DNA of 63,919 nucleotides, the filler included, from Octopus bimaculoides (lineage: Eukaryota), in NCBI RefSeq assembly GCF_001194135.2. It is 6 parts of 6 records of this genome, joined end to end, with 100 filler letters (N's around TTAATTAATTAA, not from the genome) between each part and the next. Parts side by side here need not be neighbours in the genome. Positions count along the whole stretch, not along the records: positions 14,190 to 33,631 come from NC_068982.1; positions 33,732 to 51,700 come from NC_069004.1; 4 more parts are not named here. One strand, given 5' to 3'. This document shows, in pieces, positions 24,479-36,350 of the stretch. The position numbers and the translations under genes are program-made. The stretch's first letter is position 1. Every line of letters begins with the position of its first letter. The notes under the pieces were generated by a model that saw only the letters and a program-made list of their open reading frames with translations, made no database searches and was not told the origin of the DNA.

Positions 24479-25429
24479 GTAGAACGAACTGAAAATCATT
24501 TTGGCTAATTTCGTCTTTTATTTACAAGTTCTATTTAGTGTTTACATTCATGTCCTGTATGTTTAAACCATAGAACCATTCTCTGTTATTTGACACATGC
24601 TAGGGGTCTTGACAGATAGTACCACTTCGGGCTCCGAACGGACTTGTGAGTAGTGGTGACGCAGGAGTAACTCCATAATCTTCCAAACTACGGAACTCCC
24701 GAACTGGTACTTCACGAGCAAATTCGGTTGATTAGGATAAACGCCTTCCAATATAAATTTAATATGTATAACAAAGCTACCAATTTAATGATCTAAGATA
24801 TTACTTATATCAAATTCAGAATCTTGATTGATATAAGATGATTTTATTTATTTGGATTTATACATTGAGTTATCTTTTACATATCACTTTTTTGTAGTAT
24901 TAATATCAGGGTGGATCGGAGAATACTGTTGATGAAGTAACTCCGCACGACCCCAGATTCTTAAATTCCTGCGCTGGTGCCTCACCATCAAATTTTGTTT
25001 CAACGTCTTGCCCAGAGTAAATGCTTGCCAATAGACATTTAATATGCATAACGAAGTTACCGTGTAAAAGATACTTAATATAGCAATCAATGTTCTACAC
25101 TAGGTATGAGACATTTTTGCACAGCCATTTTGGCGCTGTCTATCTGGCGTCGCTGACTCAACGCTAACTTATTTGACATGAGGCGTTTTAATGCTTCTTT
25201 TGTTCTCCCCTTCTATCTTTCTTCCTTTCTTTCTTTCTCTCTTTCTCTCTTTCTTTCTTTCTTATTCGATTAATAAATTGCACTGTCTCTCCCGCCCTCT
25301 TTCTCACACTTTCTATTTTGCGCGCAAGCGCATGCGTGTACGTGTATGTGTGCGTGCGTGTACGTGTGTGTGTGCGTGTACATGTGTGTGTGTGTGTGCG
25401 TGTACATGTGTGTATGTGCGTGCGCACGA

Positions 25430-25726
25430 GGATGGGGGTCCGTGTAAGATTTTCAGGGGTCCACTCAAGCAAAATATTAAATTAAGGATCCCCAGTAGTA
25501 TTTTAAAGGTCCATGGAAAATGTTCATTTAAATGCATTTATTGCGAGAAACAGCTTGGCTTTCTTTCTCTAACGTTTTACATACACAAGTTGTGTGAAAA
25601 GAAAAATAAATATTTTGAAAGAAGTGTCTATAAAACTAACTTTTACGTATCGAATTCCTTGGGGGTCCACCAGAATAGAATAATAATCAAAGGGGCCCAT
25701 TGGTAAAAAATGGTCGGGGACCACTA
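25430..25726. mobile_element. hAT-like MITE
   Basis: Right end AAAAAATGGTCGGGGACCACT resembles hAT TIRs (CAGTGGTTCCCAACC type); the body is homologous to 46505-46720. Confidence 0.5.
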
Positions 25727-26894
25727 CTCCATATTTAGTTCTCTTTAAATCCTTCACATATGAAATGTTTCTTCAACATTAATTATATCTAAAATTATTC
25801 TGGAAATTGACTTTAAATTGTTTTACAGCATCCGATTTGTGCAATAAGAATTCTTTCTATAAAGTTATTTACAGCTCAGACAGACTATGACCGAATTAGA
25901 TGTCTCGGTTCATTTTGCTAGTTTCTATATATTTAAGAATTATTTTTAGTTCGACCGTTAGTCTGTGCCAAACTCCAGAGGAAGGTAGTGGTATATTTCT
26001 GATTTCGCCGATATCCCGCTGCCCGAAACGCACTTGTGTTCTTCCCGATACTTCAATGTCTGTATGTACGTGTTTCAATATGTACAAACAGGTTACATGT
26101 TTTTGTGGCGTGTTAATTAGAATTAAATAATTGATATTTAAAATACATTGTCGTAAGTATTGCTGAATGGTTAAGAAGTTTATCTCGCCATACCGAGATT
26201 TCGGGTTCACTCCTAATGTGTGACATCACGGGTAATAGTTGTTTTCTATAGTATCGGATCAACTCATACATTATGAGTGAGACTGGGGGAAAAAGGAAAC
26301 TGCATAGAAGCCCATCAAATGGGTTTTATGTGCAATTCAAAAGTACAAGCATATTACTCACTGCATCACGCTGATTTCACCTGAGAATTACGTTAAGCAT
26401 ACACACATCTGTGGAATACTCAGTCACGCGTTAATTCAGGGGCAGGTAATTCAGTTGATCGATCACCGGAATTTCCTACTCCATCGTCAATGATATATCG
26501 ATCAATTTAATATATCAATATACTCAAATAGATCATATCTTTTGTCCTTTTCATTTAGTCGAGTTGACTTACTACCTAAAATTCCGACTTGAACTGCAAC
26601 AAAAGGAAGAAAAAGGTTGGGGTGCAACTGTCTAGCAATGCCTGTAAGTGGTTTATCATTGAGTATGTTCATGTATAGTAGAAAGAAAGAAAGAATGAAT
26701 GAACAGGCTAACAACTGGTATTAGTTTAGGGTATGGAATCTATATATTTAAACATAACTGCTGACAATATAGTAGTTAGAAAAAAGTACATCGTAAGAAA
26801 TGAGGAAGTAAGAAAGTGTGCAGATAGTCTCTTGCAGCTTTTCCCAGAATAGATGCGCATATGGAAAATTTCCCAGTGAACGAAGATAAACTAT

Positions 26895-28075
26895 TGTTAT
26901 GGCAAGAGTCATTGACACCCCTATGGGATTGGAAGAATGGACTAGCCGAACTTTTATAAAGAGTAGCGTATTGGCTGAAACGAGGGAAGTCGTAGGAATC
27001 GTTGAGAGTTTGTATTTATTGGAGTATCGTGTTTAGTGGAGAAATTTAGAGTACGTCGTGTGAAGACAGCTGTGTCTATCTCTGCTTCATGAAATCTGTA
27101 TATCCAACGTATAGAAGGATATAAAAGTGGCGACGAGTTTATTAGAAGCTTACGTCGGACGTTAACAATTTCTTGTGATACAAAATCAAAGAAAAAATAG
27201 TTAACATGGAAGACTTATTAGCCTCCATGGTGAAGTTGCAACAGCAAAAGCAGCAACAACGACAGCAGTTACAGCAGCAATTACAGCAGCAATTACAATA
27301 ACAACAGCAACAATACCAACATTTGCTGGAATTAATGTTGAAGTCCAAAAATACTTCAGGTTCGTTCTCGCCAGACGGCGTAGCAAACGCTATTGCAAAA
27401 TTCAGTTATGGCTTTTTCTGCATTTTTCCTAAAATATTAAGAAATCTTTTTTACAACCTTACTGACAGCAGCAAGAAAAACAAATAGGGAAAACGCTAAA
27501 CATACGATGAAGTATTTTAATATCGGTGACAAGTGTTTTTCAAATTATATAAAAATGGAAGAGAAGGTTGGAAAGACGAGTTAGTAACAAAACGAATAGT
27601 CAAAATGACGTATATGATAAAAGGCGAAAATTGGAAACACAAAAGACATTTAAACCAGCTAAAAATAAATATACGGAAGAAAGAAAAGAGATATCCATGG
27701 AGGTGCTCTACGATACTTTTGATGTTCCAACGCCACAAAAAGTCGAACCTAGGCGTAGCAGCACAAGAAAGAGGAAAGAAGCAGAACGGTTGGAAGTAGT
27801 GCCCAAACGGAAGAAATATTAAACTCCCTTAGGAAGTAAATCTCAAAGGGGGAGATGTTGTGGCGAGAGTTATTGACAGCCCCGTGGGATAGGAAGAATG
27901 GACTAGCAGAACTCTCACAAAGAGCAACGTTTGGTTCAAACGAAGGAAGTCATAGGAGACGTTGAGAGTTTGAGGAAGCCGTAGGAAGTCTTTGAGATCG
28001 TCGAGAGTTTGTATTTATTGAAGTGTCGTGTTTAGTGGAGTAATTTGAAGTACGTCGTATGAAGACAGTTTTGTA
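26895..28075 (+). mobile_element. Internally deleted Gypsy/Ty3-type LTR retrotransposon (about 1.2 kb)
   Basis: 5' LTR TGTTATGGC...GGATATAAA (26895-27125); PBS TGGCGACGAG (27128-27137); gag start MEDLLASMVKLQQQ...SFSPDGVANAIAKFSY (27206-27415); pol tail KYFNIGDK..FFKLYKNG...HKRHLNQLK...EVVPKRKKY* (27440-27822); PPT AAAGGGGGAGA (27845-27855); 3' LTR TGTTGTGGCGAGAG... (27856 to about 28075). Confidence 0.85.
27128..27137 (+). promoter_or_regulatory. Primer-binding site complementary to the tRNA-Ser(GCU) 3' end
   Basis: TGGCGACGAG is the reverse complement of CUCGUCGCCA, the 3' end of metazoan tRNA-Ser(GCU); it lies 2-3 nt after the 5' LTR. Confidence 0.75.
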
Positions 28076-28149
28076 TATATTATACACACACACACACACA
28101 CATATATTATACATACAAACATGCATGCACGCATGCATACATATATATA

Positions 28150-28183
<34 letters not shown>

Positions 28184-28432
28184 NNNNNNNNNNNNNNNNN
28201 NNNNNNNNNNNNNNNNNNNNNNNNNNNNNNNNNNNNNNNNNNNNNNNNNNNNNNNNNNNNNNNNNNNNNNNNNNNNNNNNNNNNNNNNNNNNNNNNNNNN
28301 NNNNNNNNNNNNNNNNNNNNNNNNNNNNNNNNNNNNNNNNNNNNNNNNNNNNNNNNNNNNNNNNNNNNNNNNNNNNNNNNNNNNNNNNNNNNNNNNNNNN
28401 NNNNNNNNNNNNNNNNNNNNNNNNNNNNNNNN

Positions 28433-28697
28433 GTGGGATAGGAAGAATGGACTAGCAGAACTCTCACAAAGAGCAACGTTTGGTTCAAACGAAGGAAGTC
28501 ATAGGAGACGTTGAGAGTTTGAGGAAGCCGTAGGAAGTCTTTGAGATCGTCGAGAGTTTGTATTTATTGAAGTGTCGTGTTTAGTGGAGTAATTTGAAGT
28601 ACGTCGTATGAAGACAGTTTTGTATATATTATACACACACACACACACACATATATTATACATACAAACATGCATGCACGCATGCATACATATATAT
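28433..28697 (+). repeat. Near-identical copy of 27884-28148 across an N gap (probable assembly redundancy)
   Basis: The offset is exactly 549 nt, and identical 62-aa ORFs appear at 27950 and 28499. Confidence 0.8.
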
Positions 28698-29320
28698 ATA
28701 AAGAGAGAGGGGGAGGGGAGGGAGAGAGAGGGCGGGAGGTAGAGAGAGAGGGGGAGGGAGAGAGAGAGGGAGAGTGGGAGGGAGGGAGAGGGAGAGGTAG
28801 GGAAAGAAAGATGTGTGGCCTAGTGGCACATGGCTTCGTATTCAGAGTGTTTGGTTCATGAACATAAGGTCATAGGTTCGATTCTTGGACGGACAACTTG
28901 TGACCTTTAGCCAAGTTATTTCATTTCACCGCACTGTACTCCAGTTTACTCAACTAAAAACAAACTCTTTCTCTCCTCCTTCATTTGTCAAATCCTCGAT
29001 CTTCTAGGAGATCAAGGGTGGCGCGCCAAGGGTGTACGACTGCATGCACACCTAAAGAGACTACAAGGTACCAGATGATTCTCGCTTGCGAATAACAGCT
29101 AAGCTATGTGAAAGTATAATGACTCACCAGAAACCGACCGATGAGGAAATCTACTGCAAATGGTCCGTGTATCTTGTTTCTGTCCTGTTTGCCGGTTGTT
29201 ATGTTATCGTCTATGCTATCGCTTATGTTATGTTATCGTCTATTTTTCCGCATTTTATGTTTTGTTCGATTCCGCTTGTTATGTTCCTTTTGTCCTACAT
29301 TTGATTTATTCATATACATA

Positions 29321-29591
29321 GGCGCAGGAGTAGCTGTGTGGTAAGTAGCTTGCTTATCAACCACATGGTTCCGGGTTCAGTCCCACTGCGGGGCACCTTC
29401 GGCAAGTGTCTTCTACTGTAGCCTCGGGCCGACCAAAGCCTTGTGAGTGGATTGGTAGACGGAAACTGAAAGAAGCTCGTCGTATATATGTATATATATA
29501 CATGTATGTGCGTGTATATGTTTGTGTGTCTGTGTTTGTCCCCCAACATCGCTTGACAACCGATGGTGGTGTGTTTACGTCCCCGTAACTT
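29321..29591 (+). mobile_element. SINE family A (3' end in gap)
   Basis: GGCGCAGGAGTAGCTGTGTGGTAAG...GTTTACGTCCCCGTAACTT. Confidence 0.9.
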
Positions 29592-30214
29592 NNNNNNNNN
29601 NNNNNNNNNNNNNNNNNNNNNNNNNNNNNNNNNNNNNNNNNNNNNNNNNNNNNNNNNNNNNNNNNNNNNNNNNNNNNNNNNNNNNNNNNNNNNNNNNNNN
29701 NNNNNNNNNNNNNNNNNNNNNNNNNNNNNNNNNNNNNNNNNNNNNNNNNNNNNNNNNNNNNNNNNNNNNNNNNNNNNNNNNNNNNNNNNNNNNNNNNNNN
29801 NNNNNNNNNNNNNNNNNNNNNNNNNNNNNNNNNNNNNNNNNNNNNNNNNNNNNNNNNNNNNNNNNNNNNNNNNNNNNNNNNNNNNNNNNNNNNNNNNNNN
29901 NNNNNNNNNNNNNNNNNNNNNNNNNNNNNNNNNNNNNNNNNNNNNNNNNNNNNNNNNNNNNNNNNNNNNNNNNNNNNNNNNNNNNNNNNNNNNNNNNNNN
30001 NNNNNNNNNNNNNNNNNNNNNNNNNNNNNNNNNNNNNNNNNNNNNNNNNNNNNNNNNNNNNNNNNNNNNNNNNNNNNNNNNNNNNNNNNNNNNNNNNNNN
30101 NNNNNNNNATTGCAGTTTTAAAAAAGTTATGCCACTCACCCTACACTTCTTACGTATACTCTCTTTGTTTTTCTGCTTTACTGCCTCTTCCCCCTCTCAA
30201 TACGATGTAAAGCG

Positions 30215-30360
30215 TGACACCCCCCAGTGCTCAACTGGTACTTAATTTATTGACCCCAAAAGGGATTAAAAGGCAAAATCGACCTCGGTGGCAATATGAA
30301 CTCAGAACGTAAAGTCGCCGAGCATTTTGGCGTGCTATCAATTCTGCTAGCTCACCGCCT
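30215..30360 (-). mobile_element. SINE family C
   Basis: CCCCAGTGCTCAACTGGTACTT...GAACTCAGAACG...CTGCTAGCTCACCGCCT; the head abuts (TAA)n. Confidence 0.85.
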
Positions 30361-30362
30361 TA

Positions 30363-30417
<55 letters not shown>

Positions 30418-30430
30418 CAACAACAATATT

Positions 30431-30780
30431 AAACCAGACGTTGTAGTGGTGAATAAAAAAAGAGAACTTGCATGATAATCGACAGCATGTCCTAGTGTCA
30501 AAAGGAACAACTACGACGATTCGAAGTGGGAAGTACGAAGGTTGTGGTCAGTGAGGAGAGTAGACGTGATACCAATAGTAATTGGCGCACTTGGAAGTAT
30601 CAGCACTCAATTACCAACATGGCTCAAAAAGTTTGGTACAAAAGTAAAGATAGAACACCTACAAAAATCGGCATTGTTTGTAACTGCAAGAATTCTTCGC
30701 AGGTTTCTTGAAGCATGACCTTAGTCTGCTGGCTGTGGACAGCTGACCCAGCAAAATAAGCTGAGAGTCTTCATCAAATA
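30431..30780 (+). mobile_element. 5'-truncated R4/Dong-like RLE end in (TAA)n
   Basis: KPDVVVVNKK...EVRRLWSVRRVDVIPIVIGALGSI...LQKSALFVTARILRRFLEA*; (AAT)n immediately 5' and AATAATAAT 3'. Confidence 0.8.
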
Positions 30781-31464
30781 ATAATAAATATAATAATAAC
30801 AGTAACAATAAAAGTGATAGTAATAATATTAATATCAATACTCTCCTTTTTCTCCCCTTCGGGTTGGATAAACTCAGCTATCAGTCAAGTTCTGGGATAA
30901 ATAACTTCTGGCCTTGAACCCTGCAACGGACCAGTGTTCCGTTCAAGAGGGTTGTTGTGATCACGGTCACTTATACAACATGAAAACCAGCCTAATGAAT
31001 TCTGGTTTTCATGAAAACCAGCCTAATGAGTCCCAGTTTCTACGGTTTGTAAGTGACCGAGATCACTATATTTTCTTTGAATGGGGTACCGGCCCCTTTT
31101 CAGCAAGCATTGGCCGTTTAATTCAGGCACATTTTTTTTCTCTCCAACTCTTTCACCCCTCATTCATCCTTTCTGTAGAAGAATGTAGGCTAGAAACGTT
31201 AAAGACTTCTTCAATTTTTTTTCTTTCTTGAGTGTAAGCCTGATACACCCTGTTTGTTGTACGGTCATCCCATCTTTGCGTCTTTTGTACCTTAGTGGCT
31301 TATGGCGGTTGTAGTAATGGATGTGCCACCAAATTTCAAGCAGGGGCATAAAAAAGTCCTCTATTAAGATATGGGATTAAATTAGTGAGTAAGGTTAATA
31401 TTTATAATGAATTTGCCATTTTCGATGGGTGTGCAGAGCACACCTAGCACACCTGGAATATACG

Positions 31465-31885
31465 CTGTGTGGTAAGAAGCTTGCTTTCTGACCACATGGT
31501 TGTATGCAGGTTCAGTCCCACTGCGTGGCACCTTGGGCATGGGCCTTCTACTATAACATCGGGCCGACCAAAGCCTTGTGAATGGATTTGATTTGGTAGT
31601 CGGAAACTGGAAGAAGACCATCTTATATATTATGTATCTATGTGTGTATCTTTCTGTCTCTGTTTGTGCCCCCACCCCACTGTTTGACAATTCGTGTTAG
31701 TGTGTTTACGTAACCGTAACTTAGCGGTTCGTCAAAGACCCGACAGAACAAGTATCAGGCTTCACAAAAAAAAAAAAGAAATTAAGTATTGGGGTTGATT
31801 CATTCGACTAAAACAAAAATCTTCAAGGTGGTGCCCCAGCATGGCCGCAGTCTAAGGATTGAAACAAGTAAAAGATAAAAGATGA
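31465..31885 (+). mobile_element. SINE family A, diverged full-length copy
   Basis: GCTGTGTGGTAAGAAGC...GATTGAAACAAGTAAAAGATAAAAG. Confidence 0.8.
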
Positions 31886-32184
31886 AGGATAAACATACAC
31901 ACACATACACGCGCGCACACACACACACACATATCTTGACAGCCGTGTAACAACAAAAGAGGTAGACCTCAATATTGCCGGAAGTAGAGAACTATATATT
32001 GATTGAATAACACAGGTAAGGAGATAACATTCAGAACTTGAGATTTCTGTGTCAATGATACGATAATTGTTGTACTTCATCAGCTGTCGTTTGCCCGGTA
32101 CTCGTGGCTCCATCAATTACAAACACAGAAAATCAAGAGTGGACTTTTCTTCCTAATCAGTGATGCATATTTTGTGTATGTGTA

Positions 32185-32254
<70 letters not shown>

Positions 32255-32559
32255 TGATAGTGCCACGGGTACCGGACTTACGGCAGCTGAAGAAGTGTGG
32301 CGGTTATCGTAACTTTGGGTGAAAATTGAAGTTCTGAATGTAAGTTTTCATAGCCGTACTCATTGAATGTGTGCGCGCGCGCGTGTGTGTATGTGAGTGT
32401 GTATGTGCGTGTGTAATAAATGAGAGAAACTGAAAATGGAATTCACGAGATTCTTTATTAATTACAACAACCGTTTCGACCCATCTTGCATCAATCCCTC
32501 GCGAGTGAAGTACTATACAACTGGTTATGGTGTAGCTTTCAGTGCAGATGTATCTCGTC

Positions 32560-33060
32560 AGGTGACTTTTCAAAACACATTTCGTTCAATAAACTCGGTT
32601 TCGCTCGGAGAAAGAGAGAGAAGGCAGCTTTCTGCACAGTACCTGTCTATGAAATTTTACCCCGAAAGTATTGGTCAACATGAGGCTACTGTATGAAACA
32701 CATGTCCAAATTGCTGTGTAGTAGGTTATGATTTCTCAAATTTTTACGTAATTCTGTTCTGCTATATGTTTTTTTACATGTCAACCATACTTCTTTTGGG
32801 ACCGATGTAAAAAAAATATTCAATACAGGTGACTCCCTGTGGTGATTATTTTTTACGGCGCCTCACATTACTGTAGTTCAAACTACATTATTTGATTTTT
32901 ATGCAATTTACAGAACACATATTTCTTTGTATTTCTCGGATGGTTTTCAACTGGAATGAATAGAAGCTGCGATAGGACCTGATAAGATGGGTGCAAGTCA
33001 CTGCCATCTCCATTATTGAAGTGCTGACCTCAATAAAATGAATCATGCGAAAAAGAGGTC
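32560..33060 (+). pseudogene. Possible heavily decayed IS630/Tc1-type DDE transposase
   Basis: Ordered motif relics across frames: KLGF..RK, ILPRKY, LLYETHV (cf. YLDETWV), IIFYGASHY (cf. IVMDNASYH), HY*SADLNKMN (cf. PYSPDLNPIE). Both catalytic Asp positions read Tyr. Confidence 0.3.
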
Positions 33061-33454
33061 ATTAAGACTTATATGATATAATTTAAAATATGATCTGTAG
33101 AAAAAATTTCATAAATAAAAATCCATTAATGAAGGTATAATGGACATTTGACATTTTTTAAAGTGTATCACCAGGGACTCCTGCAGTACAGATTGAATGT
33201 AAAATTCGTTCTGTATTGTGGGAGTTACCATGAAGTAGTTGAAAGAGTGAACAAAAAAATATATGGTTAAAAGAAGTTAAAACCTCGTAATTTATAATGT
33301 AATTTAAACTGCTGGTGCAGAAGAAAATATGGCACAAAATGGGTTTGATAGGGAAGCTGTTAAAATAGAATCTTCTGATTATGTCACATTTTTAACATGA
33401 ACTGCGCGTTCCAAGAAATGCCCCTGCAAGACAGAAATAAAATGTTAAGAAATA

Positions 33455-33631
33455 TTGGGTTGGCAACTAAGTTCCCGCCGTTTTTTAAAATTTTGGAATT
33501 TATTGCGTTTTTAAATTTCGGAATTTATTTTTTTCGAGAATTCTATTTTTGAATCATTTTGGAATCTATTTTGATTTTTTTTCTTGTTAATTTTAGTTAA
33601 TTTTTGTTTATTTTCAGATCATTAAAATGGA
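33455..33631 (+). mobile_element. Mariner transposon 5' end (rest lost in gap)
   Basis: TA followed by TTGGGTTGGCAACTAAGTT TIR, AT-rich leader, TTTCAGATCATTAAAATGGA start context. Confidence 0.7.
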
Positions 33632-33731
33632 NNNNNNNNNNNNNNNNNNNNNNNNNNNNNNNNNNNNNNNNNNNNTTAATTAATTAANNNNNNNNNNNNN
33701 NNNNNNNNNNNNNNNNNNNNNNNNNNNNNNN

Positions 33732-33768
<37 letters not shown>

Positions 33769-34206
33769 TATGTATGTGTGTGTGCGTGTGTGTGTTTGTA
33801 TGTGTGTGTGCGTGTGTGTATGTGTGTGTGTGTGTGTGTTTGTATGGGTGTGTGTGTGTCTGTATGGGTGTGTGTGTGTGTCTTTGTGTCTGTGTTTGTT
33901 AACCTCTACCGCTGACAACTTGTGCTTGGCAACTGGTGTTGGTCTGCTTACGTCCCTGATCACCTGGATCAGAGTTTACCTGAAGCTAAACAAGGCACGA
34001 AGCAAGTCACATGGCTCATAAGAAATAGCTACTATGAATTAAAGCATTCATCGGTGATCTGTGGGATTTTCTGAATGTCATGCCTAAACGAAAAAATACT
34101 TCGATTCTTTTAGTAGTATATCCCGCTTCATAACGTACCATGTCTCATGCAGTCTGCTTCTAGAATGAAGTTATCCATGTCTGATTTAAAGTATAAAATG
34201 TTATTA

Positions 34207-34410
34207 TAATCCTTTCTACTATAGGCACAAGGCCTGAAATTTGGGGGAGGGGATAGTGGACCCTAGTGTTTCTCTGATATTTAATTTATCGCTCCCAAAA
34301 GAATGAAAGGCAAAATCGATCTTGGTGGAATTTGAACTGAGATCGTAAAGACAGATGAAATAGCGCCAAGCATTTTGCCTGGCCTGCTAACGATTCTGAA
34401 AGCTCACCAC
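34207..34410 (-). mobile_element. SINE family C, full length
   Basis: ATAATCCTTTCTACTATAGGCACAAGGCCTGAAATTT...GGAATTTGAACT...AGCTCACC. Confidence 0.85.
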
Positions 34411-34515
34411 TTATAATGGCCTGTCTCTCGATACACTTGTGAATTGGCATCGATTAGAAATCCTGCTTGAAGAATAGGATTCTTCAATCAATAGGTTTTA
34501 GTAATAAGTTTTAAT

Positions 34516-34557
<42 letters not shown>

Positions 34558-34758
34558 GAGAGAGTGAAAGTGAGAGAAAGAAAGAGAGAGAGAAAGAAAG
34601 ACAAGAAGTTAAACATCTTTGAATCAACAATGTGTATTTGACGTTTGTAGCATTGTAGTTATCTCCCCTTAACCTTTCCTAACGCACACATATGTGGAGC
34701 GGACGTGTATATTGTTAAAAAATATTTATTACCGACTGAGGTATTGTCAATACCGAGT

Positions 34759-34953
34759 GGTAATATTTATCCCCACTTAAACGTGGATATTTTATTAGAC
34801 CAAACTATACTGCAGTAGATATCGTGAGAGAAACTTGTGGTGCAAAACACATTCTTGCACCAAAAGCCAATATGAGAGTTTCTCACATGGTATCCACCGC
34901 AGTAAAGTTTGTTCTAACAGAACATCCAGATTTAAGTGGGGATAAATATTACC
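34759..34953. repeat. Fold-back (long inverted repeat) element, MITE-like
   Basis: Arms of about 77 bp pair at about 84%, and the first 23 bp (GGTAATATTTATCCCCACTTAAA) are perfect; inner TGGTGCAA/TTGCACCA stem. Confidence 0.85.
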
Positions 34954-35305
34954 TTTGGACATGTAGCATGCATGCTCGACTCCAGACTCCCCAAACAGAT
35001 CTATGGTGAACTAGATGTTGGATCGTGGTTACGTGGTAGTTCAAAGAAGAGATACACAAGCATGCCCAAGACAACCCTGAAAAGTGTAACTTAAAGCAGT
35101 CTACTTGAGAACATTTTGTTCAAGAGTGCTCTCGGTGGCATAGTACTGTTTACTCTGCTGTATAACACTGTGAATCAGAGAAGCTACAGAGAGGTTGGCT
35201 GCTTAGAAAGCAAGAGTCCTAGGGGGTCCTAACCCTGCCACTGCGTGCTCCCACAGAAACCATGGATTTCGTGCTAAAACTGGCCTAATAAACCACCTCA
35301 GGACG
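34954..35305 (+). mobile_element. RTE/BovB-like LINE C-terminal fragment
   Basis: FGHVACMLDSRLPKQIYGEL..G...KKRY...W..FVQECSRW...GFRAKTGLINHLRT (terminal zinc-finger motif). Confidence 0.85.
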
Positions 35306-36350
35306 TAGTACACCGCTGATAAATAACCTCGTCAACTTCAGACAAAAAGGACGAACCTAATAAGATAATTGTAGTTATCTCCCTTTAATGTTTCCTGATA
35401 CACGCGCAATTATCGAGTCACATTCAGAAAAGATATCTGAGAGAGAGAGAGATATATAGAGAGATGTAGCGGTCAGAAGAAAGAGTTGTGACAGGGGAAT
35501 CAATGTTGTTTAGCCCCAGGTCGCCTTTGATCCAGCAAGCCTGTAATCATGGATATTTCAACCGTGACCAGCCGGTACTTAATATTCAGACACAATATAT
35601 CGCAGATTATCTAATGTATCCTATTATTATTATTTTTCCTTATCTAAATAAAAAAAAAAGTCTAATTGATTTAATGGAGATTTTGCTAATACTTAAGCAG
35701 TCTCGATGCGGTCGATAGACCTGCTAGAAATAATAGTCAAATGCCCGCCTTACTATATTAAAAAGGAAGAATACATTGTATTACTATATATTTGAGAAAG
35801 GCACAAGTGTCACAAATTGAATGTCTTTCATAGCTCTATTGCAGTCATGGGGCTAACTGTGGCCCACGGCCGTATGCTGCCCACAAGGCTTTCTGAATGG
35901 CAGGCCTAAGAAAAATTAATTATCTTGAAGTTTTTAGTGGTGCAGCCCGCCTGATAACGAGCCCTGTCTCATGTGACCGCTTCTCGAACGAAAAGGGTCG
36001 CCCATGCCTGTTCTGTTGCTTAGTCATCGTTGACATTACGCTAAACANNNNNNNNNNNNNNNNNNNNNNNNNNNNNNNNNNNNNNNNNNNNNNNNNNNNN
36101 NNNNNNNNNNNNNNNNNNNNNNNNNNNNNNNNNNNNNNNNNNNNNNNNNNNNNNNNNNNNNNNNNNNNNNNNNNNNNNNNNNNNNNNNNNNNNNNNNNNN
36201 NNNNNNNNNNNNNNNNNNNNNNNNNNNNNNNNNNNNNNNNNNNNNNNNNNNNNNNNNNNNNNNNNNNNNNNNNNNNNNNNNNNNNNNNNNNNNNNNNNNN
36301 CATGGTTGTGTTAGAGTTATCCCCCTTACCCGCATTGCGATTTACGATTA

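Noticed and set aside
28433-28697. Apparent third LTR or tandem LTR duplication
   Set aside because: Essentially identical to 27884-28148 including the microsatellite and split by a gap; most likely redundant contig ends or haplotypes.
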